64,000 bases of DNA. Origin: an uncultured Thermoleophilia bacterium (lineage in GTDB: Bacteria > Actinomycetota > Thermoleophilia > UBA2241). Of the stretch, positions 31,202-41,294 are shown one piece after another. The stretch is from contig CAVQSP010000008.1 in NCBI GenBank assembly GCA_963715985.1, positions 1 through 64,000 on the forward strand. Reading direction: 5' to 3'. The notes below the pieces were generated by a model. That model ran no database searches and had not been told where the DNA came from. It saw nothing but the letters and a program-made list of their open reading frames with translations. How positions within the stretch are numbered: position 1 is the stretch's first letter; each line of letters starts with the position of its first letter. Made by a program: the position numbers and the translations under genes.

Positions 31202-32977
31202 ATGGACGACGCACCGCGCTCAGGACTCACCACCGGCACCTGCGCCGCCGCGGCCGCCAAGGCGGCGGCGCTGGCGCTCGGCGGCGTGTCGTGCGACGCG
31301 GTCGAGGTCGAACTGCCGGACGGCGAGCGCGTGACCCTCGCCGTGGAATCGGTCGAGCGGCCGCGGGCCGGCGTCGCCCGCGCGGCCGTGGTCAAGGACG
31401 CGGGCGACGACCCCGACGTGACCGACGGCATGACGATCGTGGCCGAGGTCGAGGCCCTCGAAGGACAGGACGGCGGCGGAGGGCCGGACGAGATCGCGTT
31501 CGCTGCAGGCCCGGGGGTGGGTACCGTCACGCGGGCCGGCCTGCAGCTGGCGCCGGGCGAGCCCGCCATCAACCCGGTGCCGCGCCGCATGATCGCCGCC
31601 GCTGTACGCGAGGCGCTGCCCGAGGGAGCGCTGCGCGTCACCGTGAGCATCCCCGGCGGCGAGGAGGTGGCGCGGCGCACCTTCAATCCCCGGCTCGGCG
31701 TGACGGGCGGACTCTCCGTACTCGGCACCTCCGGGCGGGTGATCCCCAAGTCCGAGGACGCCTGGCTGCGCTCGCTGCTGCCGCAGGTCGAGATGGCGCT
31801 CGCCGACGGGCACCGGACCCTCTACCTGGCGCCGGGCGGCTTCGGCGAGCGCGCAGCTCGCGAGCAGCTCGGTGCTCCCGAGACCGCGATCGTGCAGTGC
31901 TCCAACTTCGCCGGCGACCTGCTCGACCACTGCGCCGAGGCGGGTGTGGAGCGCGTGGTCCTGGTCGGTCACGCCGGCAAGCTCGTCAAGCTCGCGGCAG
32001 GCATCTGGAACACGCACAGCCGGTACGGCGACGCACGGCTCGAGACCATCGCCGCGCTGGCCGCGGCGGCGGGCGCGGCGCCCACGCTGGTCGCGCGCCT
32101 GCTCGACCTGCCGACCACGGAGGCGGCCGCACCGCTGCTCGCCGAGGCCGGTCTGGACGGCGTGTGGGACGACGTGGCCGACAGGGTCACGCGCCGCGCC
32201 GCGGAGAGGGTCGCGCGCCGCGCGGTCGAGACGCCGCACTGCGACTGCGCGGTGGTGGCCTACGACGGCGAGATCCTCGGCCGCTCGGCGGCGCTGCGCG
32301 CCGTTCGGCCGGCGGGTGCGCGCGGCCCGGAGGAGCCGCCGGACGCACCCGCCCTTGAGATCGTCGTGGCCGGCGTCGGCCCGGGTCCCGAGGAGTGGCT
32401 CACGCCGGCGGCGTGGCGTGCGGTACGCACCGCGGAGGTCGTCGCCGGCGGGCGCCGCCAGCTGGAGCGCTTCGCGCCGGCCGGCGCCGAGCGCATCGTC
32501 GTCGGCGCCGACATGGACGAGCTGGCGGCGGCGCTCCGCGCCTGCGCCGGGAGCCCCATCGTCGTGCTGGCCAGCGGCGATCCGGGCTTCTTCGGCATCG
32601 GGGAGACGCTGCGCCGCCTGTTGCCCGAGGCGAGCATCCGCACGCTGCCAGGCGTCAGCTCGGTCCAGCTGGCGGCGGCCCGTCTCGGACGCCCGTGGCA
32701 CGACGTCGCCTTTGCCAGCGCGCACGGTCTGGACACGGATGGGGTGGTCGCCGCTGTGAGGGCGCACCCCCGGGTGCTGGCGCTGAGCGACGCCAAGCAC
32801 ACACCGCAACAGCTGGCCGCCGCCGTGCTCTCGACCGGCCTCGCGTGCCGCGTCACCGTGCTCGAGCGCCTCGGCGCGGACGACGAGCGCATCACCGCCG
32901 GCGACGCGGCGACCATCGCGGCAGGCGAGTTCGACGGCCTGTCGGTGACCTTCATCGAACGAGAGGAGCGGGCATGA
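31202..32977 (+). CDS. cbiD: Fused cobalt-precorrin-5B C1-methyltransferase CbiD and C5-methyltransferase CbiE
   Basis: GLTTGTCAAAA, KDAGDDPDVT, INPVP, TFNPRLG, GHAGKLVK, then in frame VAGVGPG, LASGDPGFFGIG and PGVSSVQ. Confidence 0.88.
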   Translation: MDDAPRSGLTTGTCAAAAAKAAALALGGVSCDAVEVELPDGERVTLAVESVERPRAGVARAAVVKDAGDDPDVTDGMTIVAEVEALEGQDGGGGPDEIAFAAGPGVGTVTRAGLQLAPGEPAINPVPRRMIAAAVREALPEGALRVTVSIPGGEEVARRTFNPRLGVTGGLSVLGTSGRVIPKSEDAWLRSLLPQVEMALADGHRTLYLAPGGFGERAAREQLGAPETAIVQCSNFAGDLLDHCAEAGVERVVLVGHAGKLVKLAAGIWNTHSRYGDARLETIAALAAAAGAAPTLVARLLDLPTTEAAAPLLAEAGLDGVWDDVADRVTRRAAERVARRAVETPHCDCAVVAYDGEILGRSAALRAVRPAGARGPEEPPDAPALEIVVAGVGPGPEEWLTPAAWRAVRTAEVVAGGRRQLERFAPAGAERIVVGADMDELAAALRACAGSPIVVLASGDPGFFGIGETLRRLLPEASIRTLPGVSSVQLAAARLGRPWHDVAFASAHGLDTDGVVAAVRAHPRVLALSDAKHTPQQLAAAVLSTGLACRVTVLERLGADDERITAGDAATIAAGEFDGLSVTFIEREERA

Positions 32978-33666
32978 CGGCGACAGATGCCGGGAGCGCG
33001 CCGGTTCGCGACGCCGTACCGCCGGGTCTACCAGACGAGTTGTTCACGCGCGGCGACGCGCCCATGACCAAGGCCGAGGTCCGCGCCGTGACGATGTCGG
33101 CGGCGCGCCTGCGGCCCGGCCACCGCGTCCTCGACGTCGGCGCCGGCACCGGCAGCATGACGATCGAGGCGGCGCTGCTGTGCCCGGCCGGCGAGGTGGT
33201 CGCCCTCGAGCGCGACGCCTCAGCGCTGGAGGTGCTGCACGTCAACGTGGAGCGCTTCGGCCTGGACAATGTGACGGTGGTGGCCGGGGTGGCGCCGGAG
33301 GCCATGGCCGGCCCCGCCTCCCCGTTCGCGCCGGCCTCCTTCGACTGCGTCCTGGTCGGCGGCAGCGGCGGCAAGCTGGGCGCCATCCTCGATCTCCTGC
33401 CGGTGCTGCTTCGTCCCGGCGGCCGCGTGGTCTGCAACACCATCTGCCTGGAGACCACGGCCACTGTGGCGGCGGCGCTGCGCCGGCCGCCCTGGGACGG
33501 CTTCACCTGCAGCCAGGTCGGCGTGGCGCGGGCCGTGCCGGCCGGGCCGCTGCTCCGCTTCGAGGCGCTGAACCCGGTGTGGGTCACCGCGGCCGCCCTG
33601 GGCGGCGCTGGGCGTGCTGTGACCGCGGCGGAGCCCGACGCGCTCGACGCGGAGAGCGGACGATGA
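32974..33666 (+). CDS. cbiT: Cobalt-precorrin-6B C15-methyltransferase (decarboxylating)
   Basis: PMTKAEVR, DVGAGTGS, VGGSGG and ALNPV. Confidence 0.9.
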   Translation: MTATDAGSAPVRDAVPPGLPDELFTRGDAPMTKAEVRAVTMSAARLRPGHRVLDVGAGTGSMTIEAALLCPAGEVVALERDASALEVLHVNVERFGLDNVTVVAGVAPEAMAGPASPFAPASFDCVLVGGSGGKLGAILDLLPVLLRPGGRVVCNTICLETTATVAAALRRPPWDGFTCSQVGVARAVPAGPLLRFEALNPVWVTAAALGGAGRAVTAAEPDALDAESGR

Positions 33667-34364
33667 GCGCCGCCATCTACGGGGTCGGTGTCGGCCCCGG
33701 CGACCCTGCGCTGCTCACCGTCCGCGCCGCCGAGGTGCTGCGGAGCGCGAAGTCCGTCATGGCGCCCGCGCCCCGCCGCGGCGGCGAGAGCCTCGCCCTG
33801 GAGATCGCACGCACGTACCTGTCGCCCACCTGCGAGGTCGTCACCGGCCACTTCCCGATGACGGAGGACCGGGACACGCTGCGCGCGGCCTGGGACGACG
33901 CGGCGGCGACGCTGCTGCGCCTCGCCGCCGCCTCGCCGCCCGTGGCCTTCATCACGCTCGGCGACGCGATGCTCTACAGCACCTGGAGCTACCTGCTCGC
34001 AGCGCTGCGCCGGCTCGCTCCCGACGTGGCCGTCGAGACCGTCCCGGGTGTGACGGCCATGGCCGCCTGCGCGGCGGCCGTCGGCCGTCCTCTCGCGGAG
34101 GGCCGCGAGCCGCTGCTCGTCTGGCCCGACGAGCCGCCGGCCGATGCCGCCGGACTGCTCGAACTGGCGCCCAACGTCGTCTTCATGAAGGCCGGGCGCC
34201 ATCTCGAGGCGCTGGCCGACCTGGCCGGCGAGTCCGGCGCGGAGGCGGTGGCCGTGCGCCGCGCCTCGCAGGCGCGGGCCAGTTCCACAGCCGACCTGCG
34301 CTCGTGGGCGGGCGACGGCGAGTACTTCACTACCGTCCTCATGCACCGGGAGGAGAGACCATGA
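33663..34364 (+). CDS. cbiL: Cobalt-factor II/precorrin-2 C20-methyltransferase
   Basis: YGVGVGPGDPALLT, FPMT, TLGDAMLYST and VFMK. Confidence 0.9.
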   Translation: MSAAIYGVGVGPGDPALLTVRAAEVLRSAKSVMAPAPRRGGESLALEIARTYLSPTCEVVTGHFPMTEDRDTLRAAWDDAAATLLRLAAASPPVAFITLGDAMLYSTWSYLLAALRRLAPDVAVETVPGVTAMAACAAAVGRPLAEGREPLLVWPDEPPADAAGLLELAPNVVFMKAGRHLEALADLAGESGAEAVAVRRASQARASSTADLRSWAGDGEYFTTVLMHREERP

Positions 34365-35149
34365 TCTGGTTCGTCGGCGCCGGCCCGGGTGACCCCGAGC
34401 TGATCACCGTCAAGGGCCGCCGCCTGCTCGAGGAGGCGGACGTCGTCGTGTACGCGGGGTCTCTGGTCCCCACCGCCGTCCTGAGCTGGACACGCGCGGG
34501 GTGCGAGTTGCACGACAGTGCGGCCATGACGCTCGGCGAGCAGGTCGACGTGATGGCGAGGGCGCAGGCGGCCGGCAAGGCGGTCGTGCGTCTCCACACC
34601 GGGGACCCGAGCCTGTACGGAGCCATCGGCGAGCAGATGCGGGCCCTGGACGCCCGCTGCCTGGAGTACGCGGTGGTGCCGGGGGTCAGTTCGTTCGTGG
34701 CTGCGGCCGCGGCGCTGCCGGTGGAGCTCACGTCGCCCGGCGTCTCGCAGACGGTGATCATCACGCGGCAGGCCGGGCGCACGCCGGTCCCCGAGGGTCA
34801 GGACATCGCCGGCCTCGCGGCGCACGGCGCCACCATGGCCATCTTCCTCTCCGCCGGCGACTTGTCGGGCACTGTGGCTGAGCTCTGCGAGCACTACCCC
34901 GACAGCACGGCGGCGGCCATCGTGCAGCGCGCTTCGTGGCCGGAGCAGCTGGTCCTGCGCGGCACCCTGGCGACCATCGCCGCGCAGGCGGCGGAGGCCG
35001 GCGTGGACCGGACGGCGATGATCCTGGTGGGTGACGCGCTGCGCAACGAGGGGGACCCGTCGCTGCTGTACGACGCCGGGTTCACGCACGGGTACCGCGA
35101 GGCCGGGGAGCCCGGTGGCGCGGCTGCCGGCGCCGGGGACGCCGGATGA
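34361..35149 (+). CDS. cbiF: Cobalt-precorrin-4 C11-methyltransferase
   Basis: FVGAGPGDPELITVKG, YAGSLV, RLHTGDPSLYGAIGEQ and SQTVIITR. Confidence 0.93.
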   Translation: MIWFVGAGPGDPELITVKGRRLLEEADVVVYAGSLVPTAVLSWTRAGCELHDSAAMTLGEQVDVMARAQAAGKAVVRLHTGDPSLYGAIGEQMRALDARCLEYAVVPGVSSFVAAAAALPVELTSPGVSQTVIITRQAGRTPVPEGQDIAGLAAHGATMAIFLSAGDLSGTVAELCEHYPDSTAAAIVQRASWPEQLVLRGTLATIAAQAAEAGVDRTAMILVGDALRNEGDPSLLYDAGFTHGYREAGEPGGAAAGAGDAG

Positions 35150-35979
35150 TCCACTTCTCTCGCCCGGGCCCCATCGCGCTGATCGCCGTGTCCGACGAGG
35201 GCGCGCGCCTCGGGCTCGGCCTGCGGGCTCGCTTCGCCGAGCCGGCGCGGGTCACGCTCTGGGCGGCCAGGCCGTACATCCCCGAGGCGCGCGTCTACGA
35301 CGGCTCGATGGCGGAGTTCGCCGGCCGCCTCTGGGCGGACCACGCGGCGATCGTCGGCGTGATGGCGAGCGGCATCATGGTGCGCGCGATCGCGCCCCAT
35401 GTGGCGAGCAAGTACGAGGACCCGGCGGTGATCGTGGTCGACGACGCCGGGCGCTACGTCATCAGCCTGCTGTCCGGTCACGAGGGCGGCGCCAACGCGC
35501 TGGCCGAGCAGATCGCCGCCGAGACACGCGGGCTGCCCGTGGTGACCACGGGCAGCGAGGCGCGCCGCCGGATCGTGCTCGGCATCGGGGCGCGCAAGGG
35601 CGTGAGCGAAGAGCAGGTGCTGGCGGCGGTGGACGAAGCCTTGGCCGCCGCCGGCAAGAGCCGCGACGACGTGCGCGCCGTCGCCACCATCGACCTGAAG
35701 AGCGAGGAAGCGGGCATCCTCGCGGCCGCCGAACGGCTGGGAGTGCCCGTGCAGATCGTCGGCCGGGAGCGCATCCGCACGCTGCAAGAGGTGCTGCGCG
35801 AACCGGGATTCGTGGAAGAGATCACAGGAGTGGCCGCGGTATGCGAACCGGCAGCGATGCTGGCCGGCGCCCAGACGGAGCTTCTCGCGCCCAGGAAGGC
35901 GCGCGACGGAGTGACGGTGGCGCTGGCCCAGGACATCTGTGGCTCGTCGGCCTGGGACCAGGCGGGCGAGAGCATCTGA
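35146..35979 (+). CDS. cbiG: Cobalt-precorrin-5A hydrolase
   Basis: ASGIMVRAIAP...KYEDPAV, SLLSGHEGGAN, KSEEAG and VCEPAA. Confidence 0.9.
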   Translation: MIHFSRPGPIALIAVSDEGARLGLGLRARFAEPARVTLWAARPYIPEARVYDGSMAEFAGRLWADHAAIVGVMASGIMVRAIAPHVASKYEDPAVIVVDDAGRYVISLLSGHEGGANALAEQIAAETRGLPVVTTGSEARRRIVLGIGARKGVSEEQVLAAVDEALAAAGKSRDDVRAVATIDLKSEEAGILAAAERLGVPVQIVGRERIRTLQEVLREPGFVEEITGVAAVCEPAAMLAGAQTELLAPRKARDGVTVALAQDICGSSAWDQAGESI

Positions 35980-36656
35980 CGGCGGCGGCGGTGGCGGCGC
36001 TGGCCGCCGCCGACGTGATCGTCGGGTACAAGCCGTATCTTGAGCTGGTCGCCGACCTGGCGGCCGGCAAGCGCACGGTCGCCAGCGGTATGCGCCAGGA
36101 GACGGCGCGGGCGGAGGCGGCCGTCGCCGAGGCGACGGCCGGGTCCCGGGTCGCCGTCATCAGCACCGGCGACGCCGGCGTGTACGGCATGGCCGGGCTC
36201 GTGCTGGAACTGCTGCCTGTGGGCTCGCCGGTCACGGTGGAGGTGGTGCCCGGCGTGACCGCGGCCAGCGCCGCCGCGGCCTGCCTGGGCGCGCCGCTCA
36301 TGAACGACTTCGCCGTGGTGAGCCTGAGCGACCTGCTCACGCCGCTCGAGGTCATCGAGCGCCGCCTGACGGCGGCCGCGGACGGCGACTTCGTGCTCGC
36401 TCTGTACAACCCGCGCAGCACCAGGCGTCACGAGCCGCTGCGGCGCGCGCTCGCCATCCTGCGCGAGCGGCGCGCTCCGGGCACGCCCGTCGGGCTGGTG
36501 CGCAACGCGCTGCGCGACGGGCAGGAGACGCACGTGACGACGCTCGGGGACCTGCGCGAGGAGGATGTGGACATGCTCACCATCCTCGTCGTGGGCAACA
36601 GCACGACGGTGGTCCGTGACGGGCGCATGGTGACGCCGCGGGGGTACCGCACGTGA
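35841..36656 (+). CDS. cbiH: Cobalt-precorrin-3B C17-methyltransferase (start uncertain; overlaps the cbiG end)
   Basis: LVGLGPG, STGDAGVYGMAG, LGAPLMNDF, SLSDLLTP, YNPRS and TPRGY. Confidence 0.88.
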   Translation: MRTGSDAGRRPDGASRAQEGARRSDGGAGPGHLWLVGLGPGGREHLTAAAVAALAAADVIVGYKPYLELVADLAAGKRTVASGMRQETARAEAAVAEATAGSRVAVISTGDAGVYGMAGLVLELLPVGSPVTVEVVPGVTAASAAAACLGAPLMNDFAVVSLSDLLTPLEVIERRLTAAADGDFVLALYNPRSTRRHEPLRRALAILRERRAPGTPVGLVRNALRDGQETHVTTLGDLREEDVDMLTILVVGNSTTVVRDGRMVTPRGYRT

Positions 36657-38077
36657 TCCTCCTCCTCGGAGGAACGGGCGACGCTCGGCAGCTGGCGGCC
36701 GCGGTGAGTGCGGCCGGCTACGAGGTGCTCGTGAGCACCGTGAGCGACTACGGCGCCCGGCTCGCGGCCGACGCCGGCGCCGAGGTGCGCGCCGGCGCGC
36801 TGGACGAGGCGGAGCTCGAGCGGCTCGTCGAGCAGGCTGAGGCGGTCGTGGACGCGACGCACCCCTTCGCGGCCGAGATCTCGGCGGGCGCGGCGGCTGC
36901 GTGCGCGCTGATCGGCCGGCCGTATCTGCGCTTCGCGCGGCCGCCCGGCACTCTCGGCGAGGGCGTGTTGCGCGCCGCCGACGCGGCCGAGGCCGCCCGC
37001 CTTGCCGTCGTCGCGGCTCTCCAGGGTCGGGCGGCCGGCCACGATGAGGGCGGCCCGCCGGCCGGTGCGGAGCCGCCGGCCATCCTGCTCACCGTCGGCA
37101 GCAAGACGGTGGACGCGTACGTGCAGGCGGCACGCGACGCCGGCGTGCGCGTGGTCGCGCGGGTGCTGCCGGTGCCAGAGTCGCTGGCCGCGTGCGCGGC
37201 CGCCGGCCTGGAGCCGCGCGACATCGTCGCCATGCAGGGCCCGACGAGCGCGGAGCTGGACGCGGCGCTGCTGCGCCACCTCGGGGCCGCGGTCCTGGTG
37301 ACCAAGGAGAGCGGCGACGCCGGGGGCCTCGGCGAGAAGCTGCGTGCCGCCGAGCTGGCCGGCGCGACGGCGATCGTGGTCGAGCGGCCGCGGATGCAGG
37401 CCTTCGCCGGTGCCCCGGCCTCACGGCTGGCGGCGCAGGCCGACGCGGATGCCGGAGGCGGCGCCTCGTCAGTGCACTCGGCGTCCGATGCCGCCGGCGT
37501 CATCGCCTGGCTTTCGGCGGTCGCTGGTGTCCGCACGGAGGCGCTCGCCGGCCGTCGCCTCTCTCGCGGCCTCCTTCAGGTGTACACCGGCGACGGTAAA
37601 GGCAAGACGACCGCCGCCGTCGGCCAGGCGCTGCGTGCCCGCGGCGCCGGGCTCGGCGTCGTCTTCGTCCAGTTCGTCAAGGGTGGCCCGGAGAGTTCCG
37701 AGCTGGCGCCGCTGCGCGCCGCCGGCGTGCGTGTGGAGCGCCCGGCGGTCGTCCGCACCGGCCTGCTGCGCGGGGCCGTCACCCCCGAGGACCGCGCCGC
37801 CGCCGCCGCGGCCTGGGCCGCGGCCCGGGCGGCGCTCGCCGACGACGCCTGCGACCTCGTGGTGCTCGACGAGCTGCACGCGGCCCTGCGGCACGCGCTC
37901 GTCGATCTCGACGAGGTCCTCGAGGCGCTGGCCTCCCGGCCGCCGCACCAGGAGGTCGTCTCCACCGGCCGCGGCGCGCCCGAGGCGCTGCTCGCCGTCG
38001 CCGGTCTCGTCACCGAGATGACGCCGCTCCGCCATCCCTATCCCGACGTCCCCGCCCGCAGAGGAGTGGAGCTGTGA
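36653..38077 (+). CDS. cbiJ: Fused cobalt-precorrin-6A reductase (CbiJ/CobK) and corrinoid adenosyltransferase (CobO/BtuR)
   Basis: LLGGTGDA, VDATHPFA, LTVGSK, AMQGP, VTKESG, then LQVYTGDGKGKTTAA, QFVKG, VLDE, STGR and RGVE. Confidence 0.88.
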   Translation: MILLLGGTGDARQLAAAVSAAGYEVLVSTVSDYGARLAADAGAEVRAGALDEAELERLVEQAEAVVDATHPFAAEISAGAAAACALIGRPYLRFARPPGTLGEGVLRAADAAEAARLAVVAALQGRAAGHDEGGPPAGAEPPAILLTVGSKTVDAYVQAARDAGVRVVARVLPVPESLAACAAAGLEPRDIVAMQGPTSAELDAALLRHLGAAVLVTKESGDAGGLGEKLRAAELAGATAIVVERPRMQAFAGAPASRLAAQADADAGGGASSVHSASDAAGVIAWLSAVAGVRTEALAGRRLSRGLLQVYTGDGKGKTTAAVGQALRARGAGLGVVFVQFVKGGPESSELAPLRAAGVRVERPAVVRTGLLRGAVTPEDRAAAAAAWAAARAALADDACDLVVLDELHAALRHALVDLDEVLEALASRPPHQEVVSTGRGAPEALLAVAGLVTEMTPLRHPYPDVPARRGVEL

Positions 38078-39744
38078 TGCCGCCCGCCGACCCGACCGCC
38101 ACCGCGCTTCCGGCGACCATCGCCGGAGCGACCGTCCCGCCGCCCACCGCCGGCGCCCGCGCCATCATGTGCGTCGGCACGGGCTCGCACGCCGGCAAGA
38201 GCGTGCTGGCCGCGGCGTTGTGCCGCATCTACGCGCGCCGCGGCTACCGTGTGGCGCCGTTCAAGGCCCAGAACATGGCCCTCAACTCGTTCGTCACGCC
38301 GGAGGGCGGGGAGCTCGGCCGGGCGCAGGCCTACCAGGCGCGCGCCGCCGGCGTGGAGCCGCACGTGGACATGAACCCCGTGCTGCTCAAGCCGAGCTCA
38401 CAGACCGGCAGCCAGGTCATCGTCCTCGGTCGTCCCGTGCGGCACATGTCGGTGCGCGAGTACCACGCCTACCAGGCCGAGGTGTGGCCGGTCGTCACCG
38501 CCGCCTACGAGCGTCTGCGCGCCGCCAACGACCTCATCGTCATCGAGGGCGCCGGCAGCCCGGCCGAGATCAACCTGCGCGACCAGGACATCGTCAACAT
38601 GCGCGTCGCGCTCTACGCGCAGTGCCCCGTCTTGCTCATCGGCGACATCGACCGCGGCGGCGTGTTCGCCAGCCTGGTCGGTCACATGGAGCTGTTCACT
38701 CCTGAGGAGCGCGAGCGGATCGCGGCGTTCGTCATCAACAAGTTCCGCGGCGACGCGAGTCTGCTGGACTCCGGCCTCGAGTTCCTGCGCGAGCGCACCG
38801 GCGTGCCGACCCTGGGCGTCGTGCCGATGCTCACCGAGTGGCGCGGCGACGAGGAGGACTCGCTTGGGATCGACGACCGGCGGCGCCGGGCGAAGCCGGA
38901 CGCGCCGCTGCAGATCGCCGTCGTGCGGCTGCCCTTCATCAGCAACTACACCGACTTCGACGTCCTCGCCGACGAACCGGACGTGAACGTCCGCTACGTG
39001 ACGGCGCCGGGCGAGCTCGACGGCGCCGCGGCGATCGTGCTGCCCGGCACCAAGAGCACGATCGCCGACCTGGAGTGGCTGCGGGCGAGCGGGCTGGCGG
39101 CGGCGGTGACGGCGCGGGCCGCCGCCGGCACGCCGGTGATCGGCGTGTGCGGCGGCTACCAGATGCTCGGCCGCCGCATCCACGATCCCGACCACGTCGA
39201 GTCCGACGGCGACGAGCGTCGACGGCCTCGGCCTGCTCGACGTCGAGACCACCTTCGCCGGCGACAAGCGCACCGTGCGCGTGGACGGCGAGCTGCTCGC
39301 CGCGCCCGCGATGACGGCACCCCGGCGGCCGTGCCGCGAGCCGGTCTGCTCGGCCGCGCGCCGGCACGCCGCTGCGCGGCTACGAGATCCACATGGGTCG
39401 CACCGACGCTCGGGCCGGGCGCCGCGCCGCTGCTGCGTCTTCGCGGCGCCGACGGCTCGGAGCACGACGACGGCGCCGTGGCGGCCAGGCAGGACGCGCC
39501 TGCGGCCGCCGGCCCGAGCGCGTCCGCCGCGGCCGCCGTCTGCGGCAGCTACGTCCACGGCCTGTTCGACCACCCGGCTCTGCGCGGCGCGTTCCTCGAC
39601 GGGCTGCGCGCCGCCCGCGGCCTGCCCCTGCGCGGCGCCGTCGCGGCACCGCCGGACGACGACATCGACCGCCTCGCCGACCACGTCGAGGCCCATCTGG
39701 ACGCCGAGCTCCTGGAACACATCGTCGGGCTGGAGGCGAGATGA
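38074..39744 (+). CDS. cbiP: Cobyric acid synthase; compensating frameshifts about 39210-39410
   Basis: GTGSHAGKS, PFKAQNMALNS, EGAGSPAEINL, DIDRGG, ISNYTDF, CGGYQMLG and YVHGLF. Confidence 0.93.
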   Translation: MMPPADPTATALPATIAGATVPPPTAGARAIMCVGTGSHAGKSVLAAALCRIYARRGYRVAPFKAQNMALNSFVTPEGGELGRAQAYQARAAGVEPHVDMNPVLLKPSSQTGSQVIVLGRPVRHMSVREYHAYQAEVWPVVTAAYERLRAANDLIVIEGAGSPAEINLRDQDIVNMRVALYAQCPVLLIGDIDRGGVFASLVGHMELFTPEERERIAAFVINKFRGDASLLDSGLEFLRERTGVPTLGVVPMLTEWRGDEEDSLGIDDRRRRAKPDAPLQIAVVRLPFISNYTDFDVLADEPDVNVRYVTAPGELDGAAAIVLPGTKSTIADLEWLRASGLAAAVTARAAAGTPVIGVCGGYQMLGRRIHDPDHVESDGDERRRPRPARRRDHLRRRQAHRARGRRAARRARDDGTPAAVPRAGLLGRAPARRCAATRSTWVAPTLGPGAAPLLRLRGADGSEHDDGAVAARQDAPAAAGPSASAAAAVCGSYVHGLFDHPALRGAFLDGLRAARGLPLRGAVAAPPDDDIDRLADHVEAHLDAELLEHIVGLEAR

Positions 39745-41294
39745 CCGAACTGACCGCACACGTTCCGCAGGCCGCCGATGCTCCGTCGGCCGCGACCGCA
39801 GCCGGCACCGTCTATCTGGTCGGCGCCGGCCCCGGGGACCCCGGGCTGCTCACGCGCCACGGGGCCGACGCGCTCTCGCGTGCGGACGTCGTGGTGTACG
39901 ACCGCCTCGCGGACAACTCCATGCTCGGCCTGGCGCCGCCCGACGCCGAGCTCGTCTACGTGGGTAAGCAGGCGGCGGTGCACGCCGTGCCGCAGTGGCG
40001 CATCAACGAGCTGCTCGCCGAGCACGCGCTGGAGGGCAAGTGCGTCGTGCGCCTCAAGGGCGGCGACCCATTCGTGTTCGGGCGCGGGGCGGAGGAGGCC
40101 ACGCACCTGCGGGAGCGCGGCGTGCCGTTCATCGTGGTGCCGGGCGTGAGCTCGGCCGTGGCCGTCCCGGCGTACGCCGGCATCCCGGTCACCGACCGCC
40201 GGTACGCGTCGAGCTTCGCCGTCATCACCGGCCACGAGGATCCGACCAAGCCGCACACGCGCCTCGACTGGGCCGGCATCGCCAAGGGGGCGGACACGCT
40301 CGTCTTCCTCATGGCGCTGGCCAATCTCACGGCGGTCACCGAGCGCCTGGTCGCCGAAGGCCGCCCGGCGGAGACCCCGGCGGCCGTGATCGAGCGCGGC
40401 ACCACTCCGGGCCAGCGTGTGATCACCGGCACCCTGGCCGACATCGAGGAGCGCGTGACGAGCGCAGGTCTGCACCCTCCCGCGCTCATCGTGGTCGGCG
40501 AGGTCGTGCGCCTGCGCGACGTGCTCGTCTGGCACGACTCCCAGCCGCTGGCGGGACGGCGCATCCTCGTGCCGCGCGTGCGGCGCCGGCCCAGCGAGAT
40601 CGTCCGCCTGCTCAAGGCCGCCGGTGCCGACACGGCAGAGGTCCCCGTGCTCCGTTCGGACACGCTTCCGGCGGCGCGGGACCTGGTGGAGCGCCTTGCC
40701 GCGGCTGATTGGCTGGTCTTCACGTCACCCGGTGGCCTCGACGCGCTGCTCGAACAGCTTGCCGGCCAGGGCCGCGATGTGCGGAGCCTCGGCTCGGCCA
40801 GGGTGGCGGCCGTCGGGCCGGCCACGGCGGCCCACCTCCGCCGCCGTGGGCTGCGGGTGGATCACGCGCCTGAGACCGCGGCGGGGTTCGTCCACCACCT
40901 GCCTGACGTCGCGGGCGACACGCTGGTGCTGATCGGTGAGGACGGCGGAGACGACCACGTCGCCCGCGGCCTGGACGCGCTGGGCGCCACCGTGGTCGAT
41001 ATGCCGGTGTTCCGGATCGCCGTGGACGATCGGGCTCCGCTGCCGCCGGTCGACGAGTTCGACGCGGTGGCGTTCGCAAGCTCGAACACCGCGCGTCGCT
41101 TCCTCGAGGCCTACCCGGAAGGGCCGGCGGACGGCCAGTACGTGGTGAGCATCGGGCCGTCCACCACTGCCACGGCCCGGTCGTTGGGACTTCGTGTTGA
41201 CGATCAGGCGGCGGAGTCTTCGCCGGCGGCCGTGGTCCGCTTGCTCATCGCCCAGCTTGGGACCGGCGGCCTCGTGACCTTGCCCACGATCTAG
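39741..41294 (+). CDS. cobA: Uroporphyrinogen-III C-methyltransferase / uroporphyrinogen-III synthase fusion (CobA-HemD)
   Basis: LVGAGPGDPGLLT, RLKGGDPFVFGRG, GIPVTDR, then FTSPGG, AVGPATA, FASS and SIGPST. Confidence 0.92.
   Translation: MTELTAHVPQAADAPSAATAAGTVYLVGAGPGDPGLLTRHGADALSRADVVVYDRLADNSMLGLAPPDAELVYVGKQAAVHAVPQWRINELLAEHALEGKCVVRLKGGDPFVFGRGAEEATHLRERGVPFIVVPGVSSAVAVPAYAGIPVTDRRYASSFAVITGHEDPTKPHTRLDWAGIAKGADTLVFLMALANLTAVTERLVAEGRPAETPAAVIERGTTPGQRVITGTLADIEERVTSAGLHPPALIVVGEVVRLRDVLVWHDSQPLAGRRILVPRVRRRPSEIVRLLKAAGADTAEVPVLRSDTLPAARDLVERLAAADWLVFTSPGGLDALLEQLAGQGRDVRSLGSARVAAVGPATAAHLRRRGLRVDHAPETAAGFVHHLPDVAGDTLVLIGEDGGDDHVARGLDALGATVVDMPVFRIAVDDRAPLPPVDEFDAVAFASSNTARRFLEAYPEGPADGQYVVSIGPSTTATARSLGLRVDDQAAESSPAAVVRLLIAQLGTGGLVTLPTI

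Noticed and set aside
29816-32977. CbiC-CbiD-CbiE 1053-aa fusion
   Set aside because: cbiC finishes in another frame at 31196; only the CbiD-CbiE part is continuous.
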